A stretch of 64,000 nt of DNA from Candidatus Sericytochromatia bacterium (GTDB lineage Bacteria > Cyanobacteriota > Sericytochromatia > S15B-MN24 > JAQBPE01), in the NCBI GenBank assembly GCA_040400605.1, contig JBBAPZ010000001.1:59981-123980 (forward strand). The letters are read 5' to 3'. A program made the translations under genes and the position numbers. Positions 8,240 to 16,654 of the stretch are shown piece by piece; the stretch's first letter is position 1; every line of letters starts with the position of its first letter. Below the pieces are notes generated by a model. The model made no database searches. It was not told where the DNA came from and saw nothing but the letters and a program-made list of their open reading frames with translations.

Positions 8240-10099
8240 ATGCCGTTGATGGCGCGTCGTGCATCAAAAAAAGTATGGCTGCAGCCTTTCGGGGGCGTCG
8301 CCTTGGCAGTTTGTTGCTTGCTGCCAACGCCTGCACACGCGGTCGAATCGGCATTCGGGCAAGAGGGGCTGACACAGCAAGTGACTGCTGATGGGCCCAA
8401 ACTGCTTGGTGGCCCGCTTAAAGCGTGGTCACCCAAAGATTTGCGGGGTAAGTGGACCTGGCTTTATTTTGGTTTTGCCCATTGTCCGGATGTTTGCCCG
8501 GTTGCCTTGGCCGATCTCGCCAATGTGTATCAAAGGCTCAAACATCCCGAACGCGTGCAAATCGTGTTTGTTTCGGTGGATACCAAACAAGACACCCCGG
8601 AGTCACTCGCGGATTACACGCGTTATTTCAATCCAAATTTCTGGGGGGTAACCGGCACGCCGGCACATCTTAAAGCCCTTGCCGATTCCGTCGGCGCCAA
8701 CTTTGCGGTACAACCGGCGACGGATCCAAAAGAACCCGACATCATTGGCCACCCCAATCGGGTTTTCATCATCGACCCGGAAGGGGTCAGCGTCGGTAGC
8801 TATATCCTGGAACCAGCCACTAGCCTCGATACACTCGTGCGCGACTTCAACACGGCACAGGTGAGCCTCGACAATCTGGATACCGGCCCGTTATCCACCA
8901 GTGAGGCGTGGTGCGGGCTGCCGGAGTCCGGTGCGTCCGGGCAGCAAGTCCTGATGCACCGCGCGCGGGCGATGGGCTCGGGCACGTCATTGCAGGCAGC
9001 CGAAAGTCCCATGCGCATGTACGGTGCCCCCATCGGGGACGGTTTGCTCATGCTGCACCACAATTTGTTTGCCGGCCTGGTGCGCCCGGGTGTTGGGCAG
9101 ATAGGCCCGTCAGTCGTGGCGGAAAACTGGGCCATGGCCATGTTCAGCCAACGGCTTGGCAATGGTATTTGGGATGCGCGCATGATGCTATCGTTGGAAC
9201 CTTTTACGGTGTCACCCGCGGGGACGCCGCAGGCGTTTCAGTATGGTGAGACTTATCTGGGACGGCCTTTGGTTGATCGTCAACACCCGCACGACCTGCT
9301 GATGGAGCTTGCCAGTCGCTACACGGCGCACTTTGGCGATCGCCTTAGCGCCTACCTCTATGGCGGCCTCGTCGGCGAACCCGCACTGGGCCCAAACAGT
9401 TTCATGCACCGTGCCTCCGCGGCGGACAATCCGTGGACACCGCTGGGACATCACATGCAAGACAGTACGCACCTGAGTACCGGTGTCGCGACTGCCGGTC
9501 TTCGTTTCGCTGATTTTCAACTGGAAGCCTCCGCATTCAACGGTCGGGAGCCAGATGAAAATCGCCTCAACCTTGACTTTGGCCCCCTTGACTCCACCAG
9601 TGCCCGCTTGTGGTGGATTCCCGGGCGCAATTGGAGCCTGCAAGTGTCACAAGGTCTGCTCAAAGATAAGGGCAATGAGATTCTCAGACGTAGCGCATCC
9701 GTGAGTCACACCGTCTTCATGCAGAATGTGCAATGGTCAAGCAGTGCCATTTGGGGTCAGAATCTGGAAGCGCACCATACTGAACCCGAACGGGCGTGGT
9801 TGCTTGAGTCCCAGGTGGATTGGTTGGCGCAGCATCATTGGTATGGTCGGGCGGAGCGTGTACACCGTGCTGGTTTGTTGGCCAATGACCATCAGATTGC
9901 GCAAGTTGATGCGTTGACGCTTGGTTATTCTTACGATTTGCCGTGGGTGAAGTTGGCGAGCCTCGGTGTGGGCGGTGATGTGACCATTGGGTGGCCGGAT
10001 GCGGCGTTGCGGCAGCGTTACGACGATCCAACGGTTGCGTGGCGCATTCATATGCGTTTGCGCCCCCCAACCATGACGCATTCAAACCGGTTGCAGTAG
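8240..10099 (+). CDS. Fusion of a SCO1/SenC copper chaperone domain and a putative outer-membrane beta-barrel domain
   Basis: Signal peptide; FGFAHCPDVCP and conserved His (GHPNRVFIID); C-terminal ~375 aa with SGTS, HPHDLLMEL, GEPALGP, FMHRASA, GHHMQDSTH and FNGREPDENR plus alternating beta-strands. Confidence 0.8.
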   Translation: MPLMARRASKKVWLQPFGGVALAVCCLLPTPAHAVESAFGQEGLTQQVTADGPKLLGGPLKAWSPKDLRGKWTWLYFGFAHCPDVCPVALADLANVYQRLKHPERVQIVFVSVDTKQDTPESLADYTRYFNPNFWGVTGTPAHLKALADSVGANFAVQPATDPKEPDIIGHPNRVFIIDPEGVSVGSYILEPATSLDTLVRDFNTAQVSLDNLDTGPLSTSEAWCGLPESGASGQQVLMHRARAMGSGTSLQAAESPMRMYGAPIGDGLLMLHHNLFAGLVRPGVGQIGPSVVAENWAMAMFSQRLGNGIWDARMMLSLEPFTVSPAGTPQAFQYGETYLGRPLVDRQHPHDLLMELASRYTAHFGDRLSAYLYGGLVGEPALGPNSFMHRASAADNPWTPLGHHMQDSTHLSTGVATAGLRFADFQLEASAFNGREPDENRLNLDFGPLDSTSARLWWIPGRNWSLQVSQGLLKDKGNEILRRSASVSHTVFMQNVQWSSSAIWGQNLEAHHTEPERAWLLESQVDWLAQHHWYGRAERVHRAGLLANDHQIAQVDALTLGYSYDLPWVKLASLGVGGDVTIGWPDAALRQRYDDPTVAWRIHMRLRPPTMTHSNRLQ

Positions 10100-11680
10100 G
10101 AATAGTTGAGCGAGGGCGTGCTGGCGCAGACGAGGCGCAGCCCGGTAGCGATCGCCTTCCTGCTGGATCAGCGTGTCGAGCAAAGCCACGATGCGTGCGG
10201 CGCCGATGCGATCGCCCCACGCCAACGGGCCTTGCGGATAATTCGCCCCCAACCGCATCGCCTCTTCCACCGCGTTTTCGTCAGCCACACCTTGCTGGAT
10301 CACCCAACACGCCTCATTGACGATCATGGACAAGACGCGCTGTGACACCAATCCCGGCACATCCGGTACCATCAGCAATCGTTGCCGCAGGCCTGCGCCA
10401 AGACTGGCCAACCGCGCTTCCAGACTCACTCGGGAGGCTCCCGCAGCCACCCCCACTTCCACGGTTCCATGCTCATGCCAGTCAAACCAGGTGTTCACCC
10501 GCGCAAAAAGACGGCTCCAACGCGACTGCCATGCTGTTGCAGTGATACAGGTGGTTGCAACCAGGCACCAAGTATCAGGCGGCACACAGCCGTTTTCAAG
10601 CAAGTGTGTCAATCCGGTTGGTTCATCGTTCAAGTCAATCACACAATCGGTGCCTGTGAAATCAAGCAAGCGATCGCCCCCAATCCCACCATCCAGTACC
10701 TGCACACGATGACCCGCCGCACGCAACGCCGCTAAAAACCCCGCCGCCCAAACCCCTGTCGTTTCAAACCACGCGATTGTGAGGGGTGATCCGGAAGGTG
10801 ACAGGCCCCGTGCTTGCGTCGTGTCAGCCACCACCTCATCATAAAACCCCCGGCCGCTCTTACGCCCCAAATGCCTGGCCGCAACCAGTTGCGCCTGAAT
10901 AGGATGGGGACGAAAGCGCGGTTCATGAAAGGAAGCCTCATACACACTGCACGTCACGGCAAAGTTGACATCGATGCCAATCAAGTCCATTAACGTAAAA
11001 GGGCCCATCTTGAAACCGGCTACCTGCGTCATCACGGCATCTACCAGCGCGGGTGCCAACGCGTGGTCGCCCATCATTTTCAGCGCCTCGCCATAATAAG
11101 GCCTGGCAATTCGGTTTACCAAAAACCCCGGGGTGTCTTGAACCACCACGGCGGTTTTTCCAAACTTTGCCACCCACTGCTGGGCCTGTGCCATCGCCTC
11201 ATCCCCCGTTTCACGGGCGCGAACCACCTCCACCAGCTTCATGACTGGTGCGGGGTTAAAAAAGTGCATCCCCAGCACACGATGACGGTGATTGAGCCCG
11301 GAGGCGATCGCCGTGATGGACAAAGAGCTGGTGTTACTGGCCAACAACACCGACTCAGGCAGCTGCGCATCCAGAAAGCGAAACAAATCGCGCTTGATCT
11401 CAAGCACCTCCGGCGCCGCTTCAATCACCAACTCGACATCCTTCACACTGTGCAAGGCCGTGCTCAACTCCAACCGGGTCAACATGTCCGCCGCCGCATC
11501 CGCGCTCAGACGCGCCTTGCTAACCAACCGCCCAAAATTTTGCGCAATCTGAAGACGGGCACGCTCAAGCCCGACCTCAGCCAAGTCATATAACACCACA
11601 CCGAAACCTGCTTGCAACGCGACTTGCGCAATACCAGCACCCATCGTGCCAGCACCAAGAACTGCAACCCTTGCCTGCAC
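10082..11680 (-). CDS. paaH: 3-hydroxyacyl-CoA dehydrogenase (PaaH-like, long form)
   Basis: GAGTMGAGIA, EAAPE, SNTSSLSI, GMHFFNPAP, duplicated C-terminal domain. GTG start after GGGGAGGGG RBS. Confidence 0.85.
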   Translation of the reverse strand: MQARVAVLGAGTMGAGIAQVALQAGFGVVLYDLAEVGLERARLQIAQNFGRLVSKARLSADAAADMLTRLELSTALHSVKDVELVIEAAPEVLEIKRDLFRFLDAQLPESVLLASNTSSLSITAIASGLNHRHRVLGMHFFNPAPVMKLVEVVRARETGDEAMAQAQQWVAKFGKTAVVVQDTPGFLVNRIARPYYGEALKMMGDHALAPALVDAVMTQVAGFKMGPFTLMDLIGIDVNFAVTCSVYEASFHEPRFRPHPIQAQLVAARHLGRKSGRGFYDEVVADTTQARGLSPSGSPLTIAWFETTGVWAAGFLAALRAAGHRVQVLDGGIGGDRLLDFTGTDCVIDLNDEPTGLTHLLENGCVPPDTWCLVATTCITATAWQSRWSRLFARVNTWFDWHEHGTVEVGVAAGASRVSLEARLASLGAGLRQRLLMVPDVPGLVSQRVLSMIVNEACWVIQQGVADENAVEEAMRLGANYPQGPLAWGDRIGAARIVALLDTLIQQEGDRYRAAPRLRQHALAQLFLLQPV

Positions 11681-11692
11681 TGTCCCCTCCCC

Positions 11693-11731
11693 TAAAAAAA
11701 CAAAGCGCCCCCGAGGCGAGCCCCGGAGGCG
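11693..11731 (-). terminator. Intra-operon intrinsic terminator between paaA-like and paaH
   Basis: Minus strand GCGCCTCCGGGG-CTCG-CCTCGGGGCGC followed by TTTGTTTTTTT. Confidence 0.65.
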
Positions 11732-11742
11732 CAAGCTGAAGC

Positions 11743-12540
11743 TTACTGCGCAGGTTGCCATTCAGGCAGGGTCAAGCCCCACTGCGACGTGAGCCCGAGC
11801 ACTTCCTCATGAAACGCCTGACGCACCGCGTCGTTATCCCGAACCTTCAATCGATACCGGCGATAAATGGCGTTGCGACGAGACCCCGCGCGACCAAAAA
11901 TATTCATCGTGCGGATGTACCACTTATCCAATGCCTGCTGCAATTCAGGCTTCGTCTCAGGATTCTCGGCAAGTTTTTTGACCCAGTAGTTGCCGTGTGC
12001 CACGTGCATCATCTCTTCTTTGAAGATCTTTTCGATCTCCCGCGCCCAAGGACCATAACTACACTGGCGCACATCTTCCAATTGATGACCAGCCCCTCGG
12101 TCCATGCAAAAGTTGAACATGATAAAGTCGTACCACGTGTCAATCGGGTAATAAAAAATGTTGACCCGCTTGTCCTCACCGAGCCGCTTCTCACCAATAT
12201 TATCCGTCGCCTCAGCCCCTCTGCTGTTATAATCGTGTTGCTTAATATGCGCTTCAATGTCCACACCAACGCGCTCTAAAAGGTTGTACATCGCAAGCGC
12301 GTGCCGCATCTCGTCACGCACGATGTTGCTTACGGCGAACTTTTCTTCAATGGTGGGCGCCTTCTGGATCCAAGGCATGTAACCATAGCAACCGGCCAAT
12401 TCCGAATCCGCTTGCATCAGCATTAAATTGGTCAACTGCTCGCGATAATCATCGGTCATCTCATCAACGGCTTCGATGCGCTGGCCCGCTTCAATCTTGG
12501 CCATCATCTGCTGTTCGAGTTCTGCGGTTGAAAGCATCAT
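11743..12540 (-). CDS. paaA: Phenylacetyl-CoA epoxidase subunit A-like di-iron protein
   Basis: QADSELAG, DEMRH, FCMDRGAGHQL, SYGPWAR and KEEMMH di-iron motifs; GGAGGA RBS before MMLSTAE. Confidence 0.8.
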   Translation of the reverse strand: MMLSTAELEQQMMAKIEAGQRIEAVDEMTDDYREQLTNLMLMQADSELAGCYGYMPWIQKAPTIEEKFAVSNIVRDEMRHALAMYNLLERVGVDIEAHIKQHDYNSRGAEATDNIGEKRLGEDKRVNIFYYPIDTWYDFIMFNFCMDRGAGHQLEDVRQCSYGPWAREIEKIFKEEMMHVAHGNYWVKKLAENPETKPELQQALDKWYIRTMNIFGRAGSRRNAIYRRYRLKVRDNDAVRQAFHEEVLGLTSQWGLTLPEWQPAQ

Positions 12541-12583
12541 CGCTCCTCCCTGTTCCGCCGGCATGCCGGCAATCTGGATCCCA

Positions 12584-13390
12584 TCAGCGACCAGTGTAAA
12601 CCGGCGCACGCTTCTCAGTAAAGGCCGACACACCTTCACGATAATCGGCACTGCGCCCTGCCAGCTCCTGCATATGAGCCTCATAACCCAAGGCTGCCTC
12701 AAGGTCCCCAGCCATCGCAAAGTTAAGGGCCTTTTTCGCCAACGCCATCGCGCGCGTCGGGCCGGCAGCGAGTTGCCTCGCATAAGCCTGCGCATACTCA
12801 GGAAATACCTCCGCGCCGGCAACCTCACTCACCAAACCCCATTCAAGGGCCCGCGCCGCGTCGAGTTTTTCGCCACTGAACAGCACGGCCGTCGCGCGGC
12901 CAAGGCCAATCAGCCGGGGCAAGAAAAAGCTCGTTCCTGAATCCGGTGCCGCACCAATTTTTACAAACGCTTGAATAAAACCCGCTTTTTCAGACGCGAT
13001 GCGCACATCGCACGCCAGGGCAATACCGCACCCGGCACCCGCCGCCACGCCGTTGATGGCCGCGACCACCGGTTTTTCCATCTGGCGAATGATGCGAATC
13101 ATCGGGTTGTAGCGCGCTCGCACCGACTCACCCAAATGCAGGGTTTCATCAAAGCCTGCCACGTTGCGCGAACCCAGGTCCTGCCCGGCACAAAACGCCT
13201 TGCCTGAGCCCATAACCAGAACACAGCGCACTGCCTCGTCGCGCGCTGCTTGCGTGAGCGCTGCAAGGACTTCCTGCGACATTTGATCATTAAAACTGTT
13301 GAACACATCCGGCCGATTGAAGGTCAATGTGCCAACCCCTTCCGCCACCTCGTAGCGAATGGTCTCAAAAACCTGCACGGTTTTCGCCAT
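12584..13390 (-). CDS. paaG: Enoyl-CoA hydratase/isomerase, PaaG-like
   Basis: FCAGQDL, AAINGVAAGAG and PDSG motifs typical of the PaaG-type isomerase. Confidence 0.75.
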   Translation of the reverse strand: MAKTVQVFETIRYEVAEGVGTLTFNRPDVFNSFNDQMSQEVLAALTQAARDEAVRCVLVMGSGKAFCAGQDLGSRNVAGFDETLHLGESVRARYNPMIRIIRQMEKPVVAAINGVAAGAGCGIALACDVRIASEKAGFIQAFVKIGAAPDSGTSFFLPRLIGLGRATAVLFSGEKLDAARALEWGLVSEVAGAEVFPEYAQAYARQLAAGPTRAMALAKKALNFAMAGDLEAALGYEAHMQELAGRSADYREGVSAFTEKRAPVYTGR

Positions 13391-13392
13391 GG

Positions 13393-14214
13393 TCAGCACC
13401 CCTTCCAGACAGGAGCGCGGCGCTCGTTAAATGCCGCCATGCCCTCTTTTTGATCCTCAGTCGCAAAAAGCATGTAAAACGCCTGCCGCTCCACGCGGAT
13501 CCCTTCGGGCAAATGGGTCTCATCCGCTGCGTGGACTGCCATCTTGGCCATGCGGACAGCGAGTGGCGGCAGACTGGCGATGCGTGCGGCGAAGGCGATC
13601 GCCTCTTCCAGATACAAATCAGTCGGCACCACGCGGTACACCAGACCACTCCGCAGGGCTTCAGCCGCGTCAATCGCATCGCCAGTGAGGATCATTGCCA
13701 TCGCCTTTTGCCGCCCCAGCAAGCGGGTCAGGCGTTGCGTCCCACCCGCACCGGGTATCACCCCGATGGCGACCTCCGGTTGCGCGAAGCGCGCACTTTC
13801 CGACGCGATAATCACGTCACAGAGCATCGCCAGTTCGAGCCCACCACCGAGGCAGTGACCACTCACCGCTGCGATGATCGGTTTGGCGATCGCCCGCACA
13901 CCATCCCACCAGTCAATCATCCCCTTTTTAAGCAGGTCAAAAGGCGCCGCTCCCGACATCTCGCGAATGTCAGCCCCTGCTGCAAACGCGCGGGTATCGC
14001 CCGTGAGCACGATGGCACCCACCCGATCATCCCCATCCATCGCCCGGAGTACCTGGTCAAGGGCCCGCATCGTCACGGAATCCAAGGCGTTGAGCGCCTT
14101 GGGCCGATTCAGGCGAATGATCCCGACACGCCCTTCAAGGCTGACCAACAAATTGTCGTGGGGCGCGAGCAAATAGTCCGTGATGGCCTGAACCGGCGCA
14201 TCCGCCTGGCTCAT
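13393..14214 (-). CDS. paaF: Enoyl-CoA hydratase, PaaF-like
   Basis: FAAGADI, GGGLELAMLCD, FAQPE, PGAGGTQRL, TEDQKEGM. Confidence 0.8.
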   Translation of the reverse strand: MSQADAPVQAITDYLLAPHDNLLVSLEGRVGIIRLNRPKALNALDSVTMRALDQVLRAMDGDDRVGAIVLTGDTRAFAAGADIREMSGAAPFDLLKKGMIDWWDGVRAIAKPIIAAVSGHCLGGGLELAMLCDVIIASESARFAQPEVAIGVIPGAGGTQRLTRLLGRQKAMAMILTGDAIDAAEALRSGLVYRVVPTDLYLEEAIAFAARIASLPPLAVRMAKMAVHAADETHLPEGIRVERQAFYMLFATEDQKEGMAAFNERRAPVWKGC

Positions 14215-14540
14215 GCGATCACCCCGTTTGTCACGGTTATCTCTTCACAAACCGCAAAATGGCCACTGAAAATCTCCTTGGCGAAGTTGCGGGCATCCTT
14301 GGCGGTCGCCATCCCCGCTTCACTGGTCAGAGCGGCCATCATGGTCGCCTCATCCTGGAAGTAAAGTGACACCATCATGTAGTAGTTCGATGGTCCACGG
14401 GGCGTGCCAGTCACGCGGGCTATCTCGACCTTGAGCAAATTGGGTATCTTGTGGCACAAAGGCAAATGCACGTTTTGGTAGTACTCATCGAAGGCTGTCG
14501 GGTCCTCCGGTTGCTGGTACAAGGCGATGAACTTTACCAT
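14211..14540 (-). CDS. EthD-family protein
   Basis: MVKFIALYQQPEDPTAFDEYYQNVHLPL is typical of EthD proteins; GGAGGAG RBS. Confidence 0.85.
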   Translation of the reverse strand: MVKFIALYQQPEDPTAFDEYYQNVHLPLCHKIPNLLKVEIARVTGTPRGPSNYYMMVSLYFQDEATMMAALTSEAGMATAKDARNFAKEIFSGHFAVCEEITVTNGVIA

Positions 14541-14605
14541 GGCAGATGCTCCTCCTCGGCCAGTGGGTCACACCATCGGGCCCACGCTCGGCGGATTGTA
14601 GCAGG

Positions 14606-15895
14606 TCATTCGGGGCGATTCAACTGCATGTCAAACCAGGCCTCGCCTGATTCGAAGGACTCCGGTTTTCCGGGAGGGGCGAGGTAGATGCGCGCGGCGA
14701 GCCACAAGGCCAACGACTGCAGGAGTTGATCAGGCAGGTTTCCCTGCGGGTGATCCTGCAGCCAAGCATCCATCAGGCGTCTGGCTTGTTGATAGCCACC
14801 GACATCGAGTTGGTGTTGAATCGCTTGCAAGGCGAGCCAGACAGGACTGTCATCACAACTCAGATAAAACTGTGGGACGGGGATTTGGGTATCAGGGGCC
14901 ACGTGATTACGCCAACGGGCGTGGTCGCCGTCGAGTCCCCACGTATCTGCGACCGCACTGGCTGCCAAAATTCCATTCACTGCGTGTGCGGGCCGTTCCT
15001 GTTTATCGAGCCACTGTGTCACCCACGCTTGAATGGCAGGCCACTTGGCATACAGCGGATAGGCATCCAAAAGGCCCGCACTCAAGCCTTGCGCGAGCGC
15101 CACCAATTGCCACCCTGCTTCGCCCGACAACGTCAACCAGTGCCAACCGTTCTCGTCTTCCAAACCCCAGGCTTCAAGGGCCATGTCACCCAGTGTATTG
15201 AAAGCGACCTCAGGTGTTTTGGTATCACTTCCAGCAGGGTTACCGTCGCGGGCCGGTTGCGTGCAAGCCGCAACCTGTATGGCCAATTCCAGGACACGCT
15301 CGCGTTGCGGTCCATCGAAGCGACAACGCTTGGCCCATTGCAGCCAAGTATCAAAAGTCTCATCGAGGTCCCACTGTACGGTCGACCATGGGTCACCCGC
15401 CCACGCACCGGTAAGACAATCCAATTGCCAGGCTGTAATCTGCTTGGCCCCAACCACCACCGTTTCACCGCTCCGTTCGCAACCCTCAAGGGCTGTCACC
15501 CCCGCCTCAGTCACCGCACAAAAACGCCAGTCTGTCGCCCGTACCCTCGAGAGATTCCAACTGATACGCACAGTCACGCTGCCTTCAAGGCCTTCGAGCA
15601 CGCGTACCAGGCGATCGCCCGGCGCCCTCGGCGTCTGTCGACACGGAAAAAAATCAAACCAGTGGCAAGCGCCAGTCGCGCTTCGCACGTGCGTCTCCAA
15701 TACACGCGTCCCCGGAACAAAGCGTTGCGTCACCACTTCGAGCGCTTCCACCGCGAATTCAAGCAACGGCGCGTCAACATTCCCGCAAACCTGACTTGAA
15801 CCGATTCCCACGGCCTGCCAAGCACCCAGGGGACCCAGCCGGGCATAACTGGTTCCGCAATCCAGTCGGATGTCAAGTGGCAACGCAAGTGTCAT
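14606..15895 (-). CDS. Divergent, shortened GH15/trehalase-like protein
   Basis: N-terminal QRFVPGTRVLET...DFFP...LVRVLEGLEGSV resembles the GH15 N-terminal domain; C-terminal GNLP resembles GNFPQ; catalytic motifs not evident. Confidence 0.55.
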   Translation of the reverse strand: MTLALPLDIRLDCGTSYARLGPLGAWQAVGIGSSQVCGNVDAPLLEFAVEALEVVTQRFVPGTRVLETHVRSATGACHWFDFFPCRQTPRAPGDRLVRVLEGLEGSVTVRISWNLSRVRATDWRFCAVTEAGVTALEGCERSGETVVVGAKQITAWQLDCLTGAWAGDPWSTVQWDLDETFDTWLQWAKRCRFDGPQRERVLELAIQVAACTQPARDGNPAGSDTKTPEVAFNTLGDMALEAWGLEDENGWHWLTLSGEAGWQLVALAQGLSAGLLDAYPLYAKWPAIQAWVTQWLDKQERPAHAVNGILAASAVADTWGLDGDHARWRNHVAPDTQIPVPQFYLSCDDSPVWLALQAIQHQLDVGGYQQARRLMDAWLQDHPQGNLPDQLLQSLALWLAARIYLAPPGKPESFESGEAWFDMQLNRPE

Positions 15896-16027
15896 CGGTA
15901 CCGCTCCTCATCACGGTGAAGTGGGCCTTGAACGTGGCAGCAGCCGCTTGGCAACCCCTTGTCGTTTGACATGCTACACTGAGGTATTCCGCGCGTCGAT
16001 GCGTCAGGTGGCAAAAGGGGTGCTTGG

Positions 16028-16651
16028 GTGTTCAGTCGATTTAGTTTTAGACAGACAGCGGGGCTTGCAGTACTCTCCACGCTTTTGGGTGCTTGTTGGC
16101 CAGGGGGCGATTTCGGGCGTGATGCGTTTGGCGACCGCGGCGTGGCTACCCCCAAAGAGGTCCTGCGCGCCCGTGCTGAGGTGGCGGGAGAGGGAATCAC
16201 GGGCAACGCATTGTTGATTGAATACGCCATCGGCGATGGTCGCGTGGTGAAAGTGATTCTTAATGTCAAAGGCGACCCCACGGTATTGACGCCTGGTTTA
16301 CACGGGGTTCACGTTCATAGCGTGGGGGTGTGCGAAGCCCCGTTTAAATCGGCTGGGGGGCATTTTGACCCGGGACCTGCTGGCAACACGGATCCGGATG
16401 TGAACCATCCCTACCACCTTGGGGATCTTCCCAATTTGGCGGTGAGTGCGGCTGGCGAAGGACATCTTTATGCGTATACCAATCGCTTCACGCTCAGTGA
16501 GGGGCCGTTGAGCGTATTTGATACGGACGGCAGCGCACTCATCATTCACAAGCAGCCGGATCTGGGCATCAGTGGTGCGCCGCAATCGGGGGTCGCAGGC
16601 GGCGCGCGCATCGCGTGCGGGGTCATTCGTCGTTTGGGCAGCCAGCCTTAA
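16028..16651 (+). CDS. sodC: Cu/Zn superoxide dismutase, lipoprotein
   Basis: Lipobox LGAC; HGVHVH, SAGGHFDP, HLGDLPNL, ALIIH, GARIACGVI. Confidence 0.92.
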   Translation: MFSRFSFRQTAGLAVLSTLLGACWPGGDFGRDAFGDRGVATPKEVLRARAEVAGEGITGNALLIEYAIGDGRVVKVILNVKGDPTVLTPGLHGVHVHSVGVCEAPFKSAGGHFDPGPAGNTDPDVNHPYHLGDLPNLAVSAAGEGHLYAYTNRFTLSEGPLSVFDTDGSALIIHKQPDLGISGAPQSGVAGGARIACGVIRRLGSQP

Positions 16652-16654
16652 TCA

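Noticed and set aside
11743..12828. 361-aa version of the paaA-like ORF and 559-aa version of paaH
   Set aside because: The N-terminal extensions overlap upstream genes; strong RBSs support starts at 12540 and 11680.
13327..15799. Long plus-strand ORFs (345 aa and 357 aa)
   Set aside because: Antisense shadows of well-supported minus-strand genes, common in GC-rich DNA.
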